The notes: a model not told the origin generated them from the letters alone. A stretch of DNA of 64,000 nt from Thermodesulfovibrionia bacterium (GCA_030694425.1 JAUXYI010000010.1:18595-82594); one strand, 5' to 3'; numbered from the stretch's first letter, positions 8,486 through 20,930 are shown. Numbers and translations are program-made.

Positions 8486-9994
8486 TTATTTTTTCCTTGT
8501 TGCTAATTTATTCAGGGCATTGATATATGCCTTGGCAGCGGCTACAATAATATCAGTATCTGCGCCGTGGCCCCTTACAAATCTGCCGCCCTCTTCAAGT
8601 GAAACCATTACTTCTCCAAGTGCATCAGTCCCGCCTGTTATGCTTTTCACTTCAAATTTAAGTAAAGTGCTTTTTGTGTTTGTTATGGATGCAATTGCCT
8701 TATATGCAGCATCAACAGGCCCGTCGCCTTGTTCGGTCTTCTCTATTATATCTTTGCCAACTTTTATCTTAATCGTTGCAGTAGGTTTCTGGCTCATACC
8801 TGTAACTATATTTAAATCTGCAAGGCTGTAAGCTTCAGGGATTTTTTCAACCTCTTCAGAAATAAGCGCCTCAATATCCTCATCAAATATGTCTTTTTTC
8901 TGGTCAGCAAGTTTTTTAAATCGGTCAAACGCAATATTAAGTTCCTCATCGCTTAATTTGTAGCCGAGTTCATCGAGTCTCGTCTTAAAAGCATGTCTGC
9001 CCGAATGTTTTCCAAGAACGAGTTTTGTCTTGTAAAGACCTACTGTTTCAGGTTTTATAATTTCATAAGTACACTTTTCCTTAAGAAGACCATCTTGATG
9101 TATCCCTGATTCATGCGCAAAAGCATTAGCGCCTACTATGGCTTTATTAGGCTGAACTGATATTCCTGTTATCTTTGTAACGAGCTTGCTGCTGCGCATT
9201 ATCTCCTCTGTTTTAATATTTGTATCAGCATTAAAAACATCTCTCCGTATTCTTAATGCCATCACAACTTCTTCTAATGAGCAGTTACCCGCACGTTCTC
9301 CTATTCCATTGATAGTGCATTCTACCTGCCCTGCTCCGTTAAGCGCTGCTGACAGGGAATTAGCAACTGCAAGCCCAAGGTCATTATGACAATGAACTGA
9401 AATCACTGCTTTATCAATATTTTTTACTCTATCGTGAATTGCTTTTATTAATGCCCCGAATTCAACAGGGATGCCGTACCCTACTGTGTCAGGTATATTG
9501 ACTGTGGATGCGCCTGCATCTATCACGGCTTCTATGACTTCACATAAATAATTAATGTCAGTCCTTGAGGCGTCCATAGGTGAAAATTCCACATCTTCAA
9601 CAAAACTTCTTGCGAGCCTAACCATCTCAACAGACCTTTTCATTGCTTCTTCACGGCTGATGCGGAACTGATACTTAAGATGTATATCAGAAGTAGAATG
9701 AAATGTATGAATCCTTTTTTTAGGAGCATCTTTAACCGCTTCCCATGCCCTTTTTATGTCCTCTTCCTTCGCCCTTGCAAGACTGCAAATTATTGGACCT
9801 TCCACTTCTGCTCCTATGGTTTTTATTGCCTCAAAATCACCGGGAGAGCTGATTGCAAACCCTGCCTCAATAATATCCACTCCAAGACGCGCAAGCTGCC
9901 TTGCAACCTGAACTTTCTCCTCCACATTCATGGAAGCGCCGGGAGACTGCTCGCCGTCCCTGAGTGTTGTATCAAAAATCTTTATTATTCTCAT
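8486..9994 (-). CDS. leuA: 2-isopropylmalate synthase
   Basis: MRIIKIFDTTLRDGEQSPGASM... TIM-barrel HMGL-like fold plus a C-terminal LeuA regulatory domain. Confidence 0.9.
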   Translation of the reverse strand: MRIIKIFDTTLRDGEQSPGASMNVEEKVQVARQLARLGVDIIEAGFAISSPGDFEAIKTIGAEVEGPIICSLARAKEEDIKRAWEAVKDAPKKRIHTFHSTSDIHLKYQFRISREEAMKRSVEMVRLARSFVEDVEFSPMDASRTDINYLCEVIEAVIDAGASTVNIPDTVGYGIPVEFGALIKAIHDRVKNIDKAVISVHCHNDLGLAVANSLSAALNGAGQVECTINGIGERAGNCSLEEVVMALRIRRDVFNADTNIKTEEIMRSSKLVTKITGISVQPNKAIVGANAFAHESGIHQDGLLKEKCTYEIIKPETVGLYKTKLVLGKHSGRHAFKTRLDELGYKLSDEELNIAFDRFKKLADQKKDIFDEDIEALISEEVEKIPEAYSLADLNIVTGMSQKPTATIKIKVGKDIIEKTEQGDGPVDAAYKAIASITNTKSTLLKFEVKSITGGTDALGEVMVSLEEGGRFVRGHGADTDIIVAAAKAYINALNKLATRKK

Positions 9995-10016
9995 ACACTC
10001 TCTTTCAGAGTTTAAA

Positions 10017-10095
10017 ATTGTTCAAGATTGTTTAATGTTGTTCAATATTGAACTATCTTGAACTACCTTAAACTATGTTGAACTTAATTTGTTAA
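10017..10095. promoter_or_regulatory. array of about 10-bp-phased TTGAACTAYC / TTGTTCAA repeats spanning the pssA stop and the leuA upstream region
   Basis: attgttcaagattgtttaatgttgttcaatattgaactatcttgaactaccttaaactatgttgaacttaa shows helical-turn periodicity. Confidence 0.4.
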
Positions 10096-10798
10096 GTTTT
10101 CTCTTCCTGTAAAAAAGCACAGCATTTTCTATAATCCCCCAGAGCATATATGCCATAGAGAAAATAAAAATTACAATCTCTCGGTGCATAAATATAAGCA
10201 CAAGAACAATTACAACTATAACTAAAAGCCAGAAGGGTTTTCTGCTTCTCGGATCAATTTCTTTCAACCCATGATACCGTAATGTGCTGACCATAAGTAT
10301 TGCAAGTAGAAATGGGAATAAAAGTATTACATAGTTCTTCCCTGTTAAAACTCCCCATACCTCATCATAAAATAACACTAAAGAAGCCATTACTGTAGCA
10401 GCCCCTGGTATGGGCATACCCGTGAATGATTTACTCTCTGCAGACCCCATCTGCACATTAAATCTCGCGAGTCTTAATGCCCCGCAAATAACAAACAGAA
10501 ATGCAGCGCCCCATCCAAGACGTCCAAAGGACTGCAAAGCCCAGAGGTAAATAAGAACAGCCGGAGCAATCCCGAATGCAACAAGGTCAGAAAGGGAATC
10601 AAGCTCAATGCCGAATCGTGTAGTGCTGTGGGTTAATCTCGCAACCCAGCCGTCAAGACCGTCAAAGATATTTGCAATCAATATTGCCCATGCGCTGTAA
10701 ATATAGTGACCTTTAAGAGATGCAAGAATGGCATAAAAACCGCAGAACATCCCGCACAGCGTCAGGGTATTGGGTAATAAGTAAATTCCTTTTCTCAT
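10073..10798 (-). CDS. pssA: CDP-diacylglycerol--serine O-phosphatidyltransferase
   Basis: CDP-alcohol phosphatidyltransferase motif DGLDGWVARL in a multi-TM protein. Confidence 0.85.
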   Translation of the reverse strand: MRKGIYLLPNTLTLCGMFCGFYAILASLKGHYIYSAWAILIANIFDGLDGWVARLTHSTTRFGIELDSLSDLVAFGIAPAVLIYLWALQSFGRLGWGAAFLFVICGALRLARFNVQMGSAESKSFTGMPIPGAATVMASLVLFYDEVWGVLTGKNYVILLFPFLLAILMVSTLRYHGLKEIDPRSRKPFWLLVIVVIVLVLIFMHREIVIFIFSMAYMLWGIIENAVLFYRKRKLNKLSST

Positions 10799-10869
10799 AA
10801 AAAACAGTGATGCGTAATCAGTAACAAGTAACGGGAAAAGAATATATGCAGTCTTTAACTCGTCACCAG

Positions 10870-11505
10870 TTACTGTTCACTCGTTACTGCAATTACCGTT
10901 TCTCCTGCTTTTACTTTATCATTCAATTTTACTTTAATTTGAGTATTTAATGGTAGAAATATATCAAGCCTTGAACTGAATTTTATAATCCCGTATCTCT
11001 GCCCCTGTTTAAGCAAATCCCCGTCTTTTACCCTGCAGACAGCACGCCTTGCAATAAAACCTGCTACCTGCCTCACCACTATCTTTCCGTGCTCAGTCTC
11101 AAGCAGCATTGTTATATGTTCATTCTGTAATGATGATTCTTCTTTAAATGCAGCAAGAAATTTTCCGGGATAATGCTTTACATCTTTTACAACACCATTA
11201 CACGGCGCCCTGTTGACATGCACATCAAAAGGTGACATAAAAATACTTACTTCAAGCGCTTTTTCGTTTAACAGTTCATTCTCAACGGTTTCCTTTATAA
11301 GAATAACCTTGCCGTCTGCCGGAGAATAAAATGCATTTTTGTTTTCAGTGGTAATCCTTTCCGGGTCCCTGAAGAAAAAAAACATGAACAGCAGAAGCAC
11401 AAGCGGAACTGCAACCATCCATGGTTTTCCAAAGACTGCAGTTATTACTGCTGCCAGAGCAAATATGAAGAAAAATGGATAACCTTCAGGTGCGAATTTA
11501 AACAT
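10870..11505 (-). CDS. psd: phosphatidylserine decarboxylase (short archaeal-type)
   Basis: FMSPFDVHVNRAPCNG and the C-terminal GETVIAVTS are typical of the short Psd proenzyme. Confidence 0.8.
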   Translation of the reverse strand: MFKFAPEGYPFFFIFALAAVITAVFGKPWMVAVPLVLLLFMFFFFRDPERITTENKNAFYSPADGKVILIKETVENELLNEKALEVSIFMSPFDVHVNRAPCNGVVKDVKHYPGKFLAAFKEESSLQNEHITMLLETEHGKIVVRQVAGFIARRAVCRVKDGDLLKQGQRYGIIKFSSRLDIFLPLNTQIKVKLNDKVKAGETVIAVTSEQ

Positions 11506-11606
11506 TATACCGGTAACAAGTAATACGTGATGAGTAAGGAGTTATAAGAGAAGATTTATTTTGGAAATAATAATTCATACTTGTCACTCGTCACTTGTTA
11601 CTGTTT

Positions 11607-12760
<1,154 letters not shown>

Positions 12761-12762
12761 TT

Positions 12763-13251
12763 TTACGCCTTTTTCACTCCTTCTCTTGCCATTGCAACTT
12801 TACCAGTCCGGACAAATTCTTTTATCCCGTAACCCTTCATAAGCTCAACAAATGCCTCTATTTTTTTCTCATCGCCTGTAATCTCAATTGTAAAAGTTTT
12901 AGGTCCTGAATCCACTATTCTTCCTCTGAAAATTTCTGCAAGCCTCAACACTTCAGTCTTATCTTCTTTCTTAGGGGCAACCTTTACAAGCACCATTTCC
13001 CTCTCAACGTGGTCAACCTCCATGAAATCAACAACCTTGATGACATCAATAAGTTTATTGAGCTGCTTGGTTATCTGCTCAATAATCTGGTCGTCACCAG
13101 TTGTGACTATTGTCATAATGGATATCTGCGGGTCTATGGTCTCTCCGACAGAGAGGCTTTCAATATTATAGCCCCTTCCGCTAAAAAGTCCTGATATCCT
13201 TGAAAGAACCCCGAATTTGTTTTCAACAAGAACTGAAATTGTATGCCTCAT
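12763..13251 (-). CDS. ilvN: acetolactate synthase small (regulatory) subunit
   Basis: ACT-domain start [35 protein letters not shown]. Confidence 0.9.
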   Translation of the reverse strand: MRHTISVLVENKFGVLSRISGLFSGRGYNIESLSVGETIDPQISIMTIVTTGDDQIIEQITKQLNKLIDVIKVVDFMEVDHVEREMVLVKVAPKKEDKTEVLRLAEIFRGRIVDSGPKTFTIEITGDEKKIEAFVELMKGYGIKEFVRTGKVAMAREGVKKA

Positions 13252-13264
13252 CTTTCTCCTTCGG

Positions 13265-13355
13265 AAAATTCAAAAATTAAAATTTAAAATGCAAAATTAA
13301 GAAATTTATTATTAAATTTTTTTCTTCCATAATTTTGATTTTTGAGTTTTGCATT
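13265..13355. repeat. AT-rich AAAATGCAAAAT / GTTTTGCATTTT inverted-repeat element
   Basis: Lies between ilvB and ilvN. Confidence 0.6.
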
Positions 13356-13359
13356 TTCT

Positions 13360-15096
13360 TTATTTCACTGCTCTAACTTTTTTCTCTTCTTTTTTTTCTT
13401 CCTCAAACAGCATCTCATCTATTGAGGCACCTGCGGGAACCATAGGATAAACTTTCTCTCTCCAGTCAACAACAAAGTCCATAAACACGGGTTTGTCTTT
13501 TACCTTGAGCGCCTCTCTTAGAACAGGCTCTACCTCTTCAGGTTTTGTTGCCCTCAGTCCGACAGCATTGTATGCCTCTGCCACTTTCACAAAATCAGGC
13601 ACCACGTCAAGATAGGTGTGTGAATAACGCTCTCTGAAAAATAACTCCTGCCACTGTCTTACCATCCCCAGATAATGGTTATTAAGTATTGCAACCTTAA
13701 CCGGCAGTTTATTTATAACAGCAGTTGCAAGCTCCTGTATGTTCATCTGAATACTGCCGTCGCCAGCTATATCTATAACCAAATCATTAGGGCATGCAAA
13801 CTGTGCTCCGATTGCAGCAGGGAAACCAAACCCCATCGTGCCAAGACCGCCTGAAGACAGAAATCTCCTTGGTTTATCATATTTATAAAATTGCGCAGCC
13901 CACATCTGATTCTGCCCCACCTCTGTACAGATTATTGCATTGCCTTTTGTCAACTCGTATATCTTCTCAATAACAAATTCGGGTTTAATGATTTTTTCAT
14001 CATATCTGTACGTAAGGGGTCTTTCCTTTTTCCACTGCTCCATCTGCTTTAACCATGATTTCCTTATCGCACTCCACTGTTCTTTTCCAACTTCTTCCTT
14101 AAGAATTTTCAATATCTCCTTTAATACCAGCTTTACATCCCCGACTACAGGCACATCAACTCTTACGTTTTTTCTTATTGAGGTCGGGTCAATATCTATA
14201 TGAACTATTTTTGCATTAGGCGCAAAAGACGCTGTCTTTCCGGTCACGCGGTCGTCAAATCTCACACCAATGCCTATCAACAAGTCTGCATTCTGAACAG
14301 CCATGTTGGCATAATATGTCCCGTGCATGCCAAGCATTCCCAGAGATAAATTATGTGTTCCGGGGAATCCGCCAAGACCCATAAGCGTCATTGTTACGGG
14401 TATATCCATAAACTCTGCCAGTTCTTTAAGTTCTTTTGAAGCTCCGGATAGAATCACGCCGCCGCCTGCCATAATAACAGGTTTTTTAGCGCGTGCTATC
14501 TCATGCGCTGCCTGCTTTATCATCCATTTATTGCCTTCATAAGTCGGGTTATAGCTTCTTATTTGTATGTGCTGGGGCCATATAAAATCAGTTTTGCCTG
14601 CTGTTACATCCTTTGGTAAATCAATCAAAACAGGGCCTGGTCTGCCTGTTGATGCAATATAAAATGCTTCTCTCACTGTTTTGGCAAGGTCATTTATATC
14701 TTTAACAAGATAATTATATTTCGTACACGGCCTTGTTATTCCTACGATGTCAGCTTCCTGAAAGGCGTCATTGCCTATTAACATTGTCGGCACCTGTCCT
14801 GAAAACACAACAATTGGCACTGAATCCATTGAAGCATTGGCAATACCTGTAACAGTATTAGTTGCGCCGGGCCCTGATGTAACAATAGCCACGCCTACTT
14901 TTCCGCTTGCCCTCGCATAACCGTCTGCAGCATGTACAGCGCCCTGTTCATGTCTTGTAAGGATAAGTTTTATGTCTTTTTCATCATAGAGGGTGTCAAA
15001 AATATTGAGGACCACACCTCCGGGATAGCCAAAGATGTGCTTTACCCCCTCTCGCTTTAAACATTCAACTAATATTTCAGCGCCGCTTTTTTTCAT
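13360..15096 (-). CDS. ilvB: acetolactate synthase large subunit
   Basis: [27 protein letters not shown]... ThDP/FAD enzyme. The first 54 codons of the track ORF are repeat-derived ([10 protein letters not shown]), so the start is set at 15096. Confidence 0.9.
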   Translation of the reverse strand: MKKSGAEILVECLKREGVKHIFGYPGGVVLNIFDTLYDEKDIKLILTRHEQGAVHAADGYARASGKVGVAIVTSGPGATNTVTGIANASMDSVPIVVFSGQVPTMLIGNDAFQEADIVGITRPCTKYNYLVKDINDLAKTVREAFYIASTGRPGPVLIDLPKDVTAGKTDFIWPQHIQIRSYNPTYEGNKWMIKQAAHEIARAKKPVIMAGGGVILSGASKELKELAEFMDIPVTMTLMGLGGFPGTHNLSLGMLGMHGTYYANMAVQNADLLIGIGVRFDDRVTGKTASFAPNAKIVHIDIDPTSIRKNVRVDVPVVGDVKLVLKEILKILKEEVGKEQWSAIRKSWLKQMEQWKKERPLTYRYDEKIIKPEFVIEKIYELTKGNAIICTEVGQNQMWAAQFYKYDKPRRFLSSGGLGTMGFGFPAAIGAQFACPNDLVIDIAGDGSIQMNIQELATAVINKLPVKVAILNNHYLGMVRQWQELFFRERYSHTYLDVVPDFVKVAEAYNAVGLRATKPEEVEPVLREALKVKDKPVFMDFVVDWREKVYPMVPAGASIDEMLFEEEKKEEKKVRAVK

Positions 15097-15120
15097 CTGT
15101 TCTCCATTTCTTTGCAAGGT

Positions 15121-15184
15121 GTCATTCCGAGCGAAGCGAGCAATCTCATGGAGATTGCTTCGGTCATAACGACCTCGCAATGAC
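15121..15184. repeat. GTCATTCCGAGCGAAGCGAG...CTCGCAATGAC palindromic repeat
   Basis: Lies in the ilvD-ilvB gap. Confidence 0.7.
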
Positions 15185-15194
15185 AATACTATTT

Positions 15195-16850
15195 TCAAAT
15201 TTTCATTATAGCCCCTGTACTTGCTGATGTAGCAAAGGCAGCGTATCTGGCAAGCCATCCTGTATTAATCTTGGGCTTAGGAGGCTTCCATGATGCAAAC
15301 CTTTTCTTCATTTCCTGATTGCTAATAAATATATCTATTTTTCTTTTTGGAATATCTATGTTTATTATATCCCCGTTTTTCACAATGGCAATAGGTCCTC
15401 CTTCCATTGCCTCAGGAGATATATGTCCGATGCACAGCCCTCTTGTGCCGCCGGAGAAACGGCCGTCTGTAATCAATGCTACTGATTCACCCAGCCCCAT
15501 GCCCGCAATAGAAGCGGTTGCGTTCAACATCTCCCTCATGCCAGGGCCGCCTTTAGGCCCTTCATAACGTATAACTACAACATCGCCTGCCTTAATTTTG
15601 TCGGCAAGGATTGACTTCATCGCATCCTCCTCTGACTCAAACACCCTTGCCCTGCCTCTAATCGTTAACATCTTATTAGTTACAGCTGTTTGTTTTACCA
15701 CAGCTCCATCCGGAGCAAGATTGCCTTTTAAGACAGCTATACCGCCCTCTTTATGATATGCCTGGTTAAGCGGCCTTATCACTTCTGAATTAACAATATC
15801 AGCATTATCCGCTATATCATAAATTTTTTTGCCTGATACCGTCAGGGCATTATTAAGTTTTGGTTTTAATCTCTTCAGCACAGCAGGAATACCGCCTGCA
15901 TATTCAAGGTCCTCAAGGTAATCTGTTCCTCCGGGAAGCATGTTAGCAATATGAGGGGTATCCTTACTTATTCTATCAAACATCTCAAGAGACACGAATA
16001 TCCCCGCTTCATGGGCAATCGCAGGAATATGTAAAACAGTATTTGTAGAGCCGCCAAGAGCCATATCAACTCTTATGGCATTCTCAAATGCCTTTGGCGT
16101 TAAAATTTTTCTGGGAGTAATGTTTTTCTTTACAATCTCCACTATCCTTACTCCGCTGTGAAAAGCTATCCTGCGTTTTTTTGATGAAACAGCAAGAGAT
16201 GTTGCGCACTCCGGAAGACTCATGCCCAGCGCCTCGGTTACACAAGCCATTGTATTTGCCGTGTACATTCCCTGGCATGAACCCGGACCAGGACATGCAC
16301 ACACCTCAAGCTCTGCCATTTCTGCGTCGCTTAACAGCCCTTTCTTGTATTTCCCTATTGCCTCAAATGTATCGTTTACAAGGGAAAGTCTCCTGCCCCG
16401 GAGATTGCCGGCAAGCATAGGACCTGCAGTCACAACAATAGACGGCACATTTACCCTTGCTGCTGCCATAAGCATTCCAGGGGTAATCTTGTCGCAGTTC
16501 GTAAGAAGCACCAATCCGTCAAACTGATGCGCTTCAGCAATCGTTTCAACCATATCCGCTATGAGCTCCCTTGATGGCAGACTGTAATGCATTCCCCTAT
16601 GCCCCATTGCAATGCCGTCACAGATGCCGGGTATGCCAAAAAAAAACGGGTAGCCGCCGCCAGTATGAATCCCCTTTTCTATAAACCTTTCAAGGTCACG
16701 CATGCCGATATGCCCGGGAATAATATCAGTAAAACTTGTAGCAACTCCTATAAACGGCTTGTTCATCTCCGTGCGAGGCATTCCCGTGGCATACAGCAAT
16801 GCCCTGTGCGGCAATCTTTCTACACCTTTTTTAATTAAATCGCTTTTCAT
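15195..16850 (-). CDS. ilvD: dihydroxy-acid dehydratase
   Basis: 551 aa ILVD/EDD family protein, [24 protein letters not shown]. Confidence 0.9.
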   Translation of the reverse strand: MKSDLIKKGVERLPHRALLYATGMPRTEMNKPFIGVATSFTDIIPGHIGMRDLERFIEKGIHTGGGYPFFFGIPGICDGIAMGHRGMHYSLPSRELIADMVETIAEAHQFDGLVLLTNCDKITPGMLMAAARVNVPSIVVTAGPMLAGNLRGRRLSLVNDTFEAIGKYKKGLLSDAEMAELEVCACPGPGSCQGMYTANTMACVTEALGMSLPECATSLAVSSKKRRIAFHSGVRIVEIVKKNITPRKILTPKAFENAIRVDMALGGSTNTVLHIPAIAHEAGIFVSLEMFDRISKDTPHIANMLPGGTDYLEDLEYAGGIPAVLKRLKPKLNNALTVSGKKIYDIADNADIVNSEVIRPLNQAYHKEGGIAVLKGNLAPDGAVVKQTAVTNKMLTIRGRARVFESEEDAMKSILADKIKAGDVVVIRYEGPKGGPGMREMLNATASIAGMGLGESVALITDGRFSGGTRGLCIGHISPEAMEGGPIAIVKNGDIINIDIPKRKIDIFISNQEMKKRFASWKPPKPKINTGWLARYAAFATSASTGAIMKI

Positions 16851-16868
16851 TTAAAATATTCCTAATTT

Positions 16869-16939
16869 GTCATTCCGAGTGAAGCGAGGAATCTCGTCTT
16901 TAAAGATTGCTTCTGCCGAAACTTCGGCATCGCAATGAC
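16869..16939. repeat. GTCATTCCGAGTGAAGCGAG...CATCGCAATGAC palindromic repeat
   Basis: Lies upstream of ilvD. Confidence 0.7.
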
Positions 16940-16975
16940 ATTTTAATTGTTATCTGCGCTATAGACTTTCAACTT

Positions 16976-17203
16976 TTAACTTTTCACTTTTTGCCTGTAT
17001 TCCCTTATAAGCTCTGCCATACGGTCCTTCTTGAGCAGTTTTTGTTTCTGGAGCTTTTTTCTTTCTATTTCTTCTTCAGGGGTCAGATATTTATTTTTGT
17101 CCATCTCTGCAAGTATACGGTCAAGCTCTTTATGTCCTTCATGTAGTTTTTTATATTCTTCATTTTCCTTTTTTAAAATTTCTGCTATTTCAGAGTCTTT
17201 CAA
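16976..17203 (-). CDS. DUF465 (YdcH-like) small coiled-coil protein
   Basis: 75 aa, ...KLHEGHKELDRILAEMDKNKYLTPEEEIERKKLQKQKL... Confidence 0.6.
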   Translation of the reverse strand: MKDSEIAEILKKENEEYKKLHEGHKELDRILAEMDKNKYLTPEEEIERKKLQKQKLLKKDRMAELIREYRQKVKS

Positions 17204-17743
17204 TAATAGTCCCTCCTCTCTTTTTAACCCAAAATTCGTTAAAATTAAAATATTAAATTAAGTAGTTCTGGGAAATGTCTGCCTTATTTGGTTCAAAGGA
17301 GAAATTATCATATTTTCGCCAAAAAAACAAGTTTTTGTATAACTCATAAGCGGGAACAAGACAGACAGGTCAGGATTCAAAGGGTTTTAAAATGCTTTCA
17401 CCTAAGATGCCTGCCTATATGAAAGTCAAATGTAGATTTGCAAACATTGATTGCAGATTATGGCAAATTGGAAGGGGTCGTGAGGCAAAAAAAGCTAACA
17501 TTTTAATTTTCTGAAAAAATCTATTTTGCTATCTCATCTGCCCATAGCCAACGTTCTTTGACTTCTAATTGTCTTGAGAGTCTTTCTAAAAATTCTTCAC
17601 TTTTTTGATTAAAACCTGTTTCTACGATTTTCCACCACTTCTTACTTGAACCTTTTTCGGCAAAAAGATCAGTCATTGGATAAATATAAACTACAATGCC
17701 CTGAAGTTTCTTCTCTATCCAAACGGTAAAAGGGAATCTTTTA

Positions 17744-19156
17744 CTATCTTTTCCATAATAAAACTTTTAGCCCTGTGTAAAACAATATAAAATATTTCCT
17801 TAATGATAAACCTTGAAGCTTGAGAATTCTTCTTATTATGTAAGATGGTCTTAAATAAAATCTTTTATATGCTTTTCTTATACATTCTTTCAGTTCCTCT
17901 TGTGTTCTCCCATATGGAATATATGTAGGATAGTCATATAATGTAGCTTTATGTAACTCATCTTTGAGGATAGTCCCATATTGAGAGCATAATTTATAAA
18001 AGGCTTCTCCAGATATATGAGGTATTGTAAGGCTAATTTGAACATAATCAGATTCTATTTCTATAGCGAACTTAATGGTTTGTTCTGATTCCTCACGAGT
18101 TTCCCCTGGAAGTGCCAACATGTAAGAGCAGATAGTCTCTATTCCTGCTTCTTTAGCTAACTTTATAGAGATACGAGCTTGGTCTAATGTAATGCCCTTA
18201 TTAATTAAATTTAAAAGACGTTGTGAACCAGATTCTATCCCATAATAAATCTGATAACAACCAGCTTCTTTAAGTTTTCTAAGTATTTTCTCATCTACCA
18301 AATCTACACGTGTGAAACAAGACCAAGGAAGATTTAAATTCTCGGCATTAAGAAGATCACAGAATTCATATACCCATTTTTTATTTACTGTAAAAGAATC
18401 ATCCCAAAACCTTATACTGTCAGCACTATACTCTTCTTTTAGAATTCGCATCTCTTCAACAACTCGTTTTGGACTGTGATACCTGACGGTTCTCCCAAAA
18501 GACTGTTGGATCCAACAAAAAACACATTTAAAAGGACAACCTCTTGAGGCTATCATGCTTAATGTCCTTATACCTCTTAAATGAGAAGTAGCATGATATT
18601 TATTCATAGGGAAAAGATGTTTTGCAGGAAAAGGAAGGATATCCAAATTCTCTATGAAAGGTTGTGGTTTATTTTTAATTATATTCTTCCCATCTTTCCA
18701 GACAATACCTGGCACTCCTGAAAAATCAACCCCATTTTGTAGGCAATCTAAAAGGTTCTTCATTACAAATTCACCTTCACCATAAACACCAAAATCTATA
18801 CTTTCATCTCTAATTGTTTCTTCTGGATACATTGTAATATGAGAGCCACCTAATACCACTTTAATGTCTGGATTTATTCTTTTAGCAATTTTAGCTATCT
18901 TATAACAGGACTCTAAATTGCTGAAAATAGTTTGTTGCCCTACAATATGGGGAGAAAAATCTCTTGTTACTCTTTCAATATCATCAAAATTTGACTTGGT
19001 AACAACAGCATCTATTACCTTTACCTCATGTCCATCTTTTTCTAAAAAAGCGGCAACGTATGCTAATCCTAAAGGGAAATATGGCTGAATTGAGGTATTA
19101 AATTTTCCAAATCCTTCTTTCCATGAACTTGGAGGTACTACAAGCAAAACCCTCAT
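17744..19156 (-). CDS. B12-binding (class B) radical SAM enzyme, substrate unknown
   Basis: An N-terminal B12-binding domain (MRVLLVVPP...GLAYVAAFLEKDGHEVKVID) is followed by a radical SAM core with RGCPFKCVFC. The AAGGAG RBS favours a start at 19156. Confidence 0.75.
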   Translation of the reverse strand: MRVLLVVPPSSWKEGFGKFNTSIQPYFPLGLAYVAAFLEKDGHEVKVIDAVVTKSNFDDIERVTRDFSPHIVGQQTIFSNLESCYKIAKIAKRINPDIKVVLGGSHITMYPEETIRDESIDFGVYGEGEFVMKNLLDCLQNGVDFSGVPGIVWKDGKNIIKNKPQPFIENLDILPFPAKHLFPMNKYHATSHLRGIRTLSMIASRGCPFKCVFCWIQQSFGRTVRYHSPKRVVEEMRILKEEYSADSIRFWDDSFTVNKKWVYEFCDLLNAENLNLPWSCFTRVDLVDEKILRKLKEAGCYQIYYGIESGSQRLLNLINKGITLDQARISIKLAKEAGIETICSYMLALPGETREESEQTIKFAIEIESDYVQISLTIPHISGEAFYKLCSQYGTILKDELHKATLYDYPTYIPYGRTQEELKECIRKAYKRFYLRPSYIIRRILKLQGLSLRKYFILFYTGLKVLLWKR

Positions 19157-19197
19157 TTTAGAACTTCTCCTTCTTCTTAGATTAATTAATGCCACGG

Positions 19198-19299
19198 CCC
19201 AGTAGGCAATGGAATACCACCTTCACCACCGCTACCTCCTCCATAGGAAGTCAATACCACTGCAAGCAAGAGAAACAATGGCGTTAGAATTGATAAACA
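19198..19299 (-). other. possible small ORF in the radical SAM 1 / radical SAM 2 spacer, in frame with and immediately after the upstream TGA
   Basis: Own translation gives ...LFLLLAVVLTSYGGGSGGEGGIPLPTGPWH*. It has no ATG; only TTG or GTG starts are available. Confidence 0.15.
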
Positions 19300-20886
19300 T
19301 CAACCTTTTTTAAACAAAGCAGGTTGTGTTTTTTTAAGCAAGGCTAACCTTTCACCGTATTTCAAATCTTTTTCGCCAAGATAGTTGTAGAGAAGTTTCG
19401 ATATTGCAGACCCCCAGTTGCCAAGAACCGTTCTTATAGTCCATGCAATATTGTAATTTAATGCCCTTGTGGTAATAAAAAAATACACAGTCGGTTCAAT
19501 AGTCCTTTTGACTATAAAAAATAAACTGTTTACTAATAATAAATGGAGTAGTTTTCTGGATTTCTTTGGCTTATTTAAATACCTTGTAATAATTCGAGGT
19601 ATATATGGGGTCATGTAAAGCAGTTTATTAAAATATGTTTTATCAATCTTAACCATGTACCTTGTAAGATAGGCTTCAGGGTCAATAATATTGTCTTTAA
19701 CAGCCTTTTCAGTTAGAGGAGTTCCCTGGAAAAATGTCAGATGAGCTAACGAAATTGCATAAGGCCTTTTTAGCCTTGCCATAGAATCTATAGTCTCCAT
19801 CTGGTCTTCCTCTGTCTCATAAGGGTTGTCCACTATCATTTCGTAAAACGGAGCTGCCTTTGTTTCAGCAACTATCCTTGCTGCATTTATAACCGATGAG
19901 AAGCTAACATTTCTCTCATAAACCTCAAAATTGACGCGGTCGCTTCCACTTTGAACACCCATGACAACCCAGCTCAACCCTGCCCCTCTGAGCAGAAATA
20001 TTTTTTCTCTGTCGAGGTTAGAAGGATATACACGAACCATAAAAGGCAGATTTATATACCTCTTGTATTCATTGCAGAATCTTCTAATCCACTCATGGCT
20101 ATGGATAAAAAACGAGTCATCCTCAAAATTTATATACAGAACATATTGGTCCTTTTTTACCTCCTTTAACTCTTTTATACAGTTCTCAACTGATCTTTCT
20201 CTAACCTTCTTTCCATAGATGGTCATAAGGTAAGAGTTAGCACAATATCCACAATGGAAAGGACAGCCTCTTGATGTTATCATCATGTGGCAGGTACCTC
20301 CGTACAGAGCATACTGGCGGAACAAACGTGGATTTTGTGCAAAATTATATATCTTATTTTTGTGAAAACCGTAAAAATAATCAGGCAGGTACTCCTGCAA
20401 TGGAAGGCTGTCAAGATTCATTTCAGGAGGAGCCATGGATTGTCTTAATATCTTTCCGTTATCATTTACCCATATGTTAGGAATTTCAGGTGGGATACTC
20501 TTATCTTTATCCTTTAGATGCTCTAATAACGAAACAACAACTCTTTCTCCTTCTCCACAGCATATATAGTCAGCATACTTTATACATTCATTCGGCCTGA
20601 TTACTACATGCACTCCACCCCATATTATCGGTATCTGAAACTTTTCACGAAGAAGGAATGTAAGGTTTTTTGCCGGGTAAAACTCGATAGACATAAGCCC
20701 TATTCCAATTAAATCAGGACTATAATCAAGGATAAAGTCTTCCATCGCAGGAGCCAATATCCGCTCAAAATAGCCTGGAAGAAGTAATATACGGGCATCA
20801 TGACCATTAGCCAACACATTAGCTGCTATGTACTTAAGCCCTGTAACATAAGCATTAGACTGTAAAGAAATCAGTAATAATCTCAT
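19300..20886 (-). CDS. B12-binding (class B) radical SAM enzyme, substrate unknown
   Basis: MRLLLISLQ... B12-binding domain and SRGCPFHCGYC. It is a paralogue of the downstream gene. Confidence 0.75.
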   Translation of the reverse strand: MRLLLISLQSNAYVTGLKYIAANVLANGHDARILLLPGYFERILAPAMEDFILDYSPDLIGIGLMSIEFYPAKNLTFLLREKFQIPIIWGGVHVVIRPNECIKYADYICCGEGERVVVSLLEHLKDKDKSIPPEIPNIWVNDNGKILRQSMAPPEMNLDSLPLQEYLPDYFYGFHKNKIYNFAQNPRLFRQYALYGGTCHMMITSRGCPFHCGYCANSYLMTIYGKKVRERSVENCIKELKEVKKDQYVLYINFEDDSFFIHSHEWIRRFCNEYKRYINLPFMVRVYPSNLDREKIFLLRGAGLSWVVMGVQSGSDRVNFEVYERNVSFSSVINAARIVAETKAAPFYEMIVDNPYETEEDQMETIDSMARLKRPYAISLAHLTFFQGTPLTEKAVKDNIIDPEAYLTRYMVKIDKTYFNKLLYMTPYIPRIITRYLNKPKKSRKLLHLLLVNSLFFIVKRTIEPTVYFFITTRALNYNIAWTIRTVLGNWGSAISKLLYNYLGEKDLKYGERLALLKKTQPALFKKG

Positions 20887-20930
20887 GGTTTAAATATTTT
20901 CCTTTCTAAAATAGCCGCCACTGTATTGTG

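Noticed and set aside
17523-17743. A 75-codon open frame immediately downstream of radical SAM 2 (…MTDLFAEKGSSKKWWKIVETGFNQKSEEFLERLSRQLEVKERWLWADEIAK).
   Set aside because: It is in a different frame from radical SAM 2, so it is not a read-through. It has no convincing start or RBS and no recognisable family. It is probably a gene remnant and is not reported as a feature.
19195-19300. Selenocysteine or programmed read-through of the radical SAM 1 TGA into the downstream Gly-rich frame.
   Set aside because: No SECIS-like hairpin is evident immediately downstream. It is kept only as a low-interest small-ORF observation.
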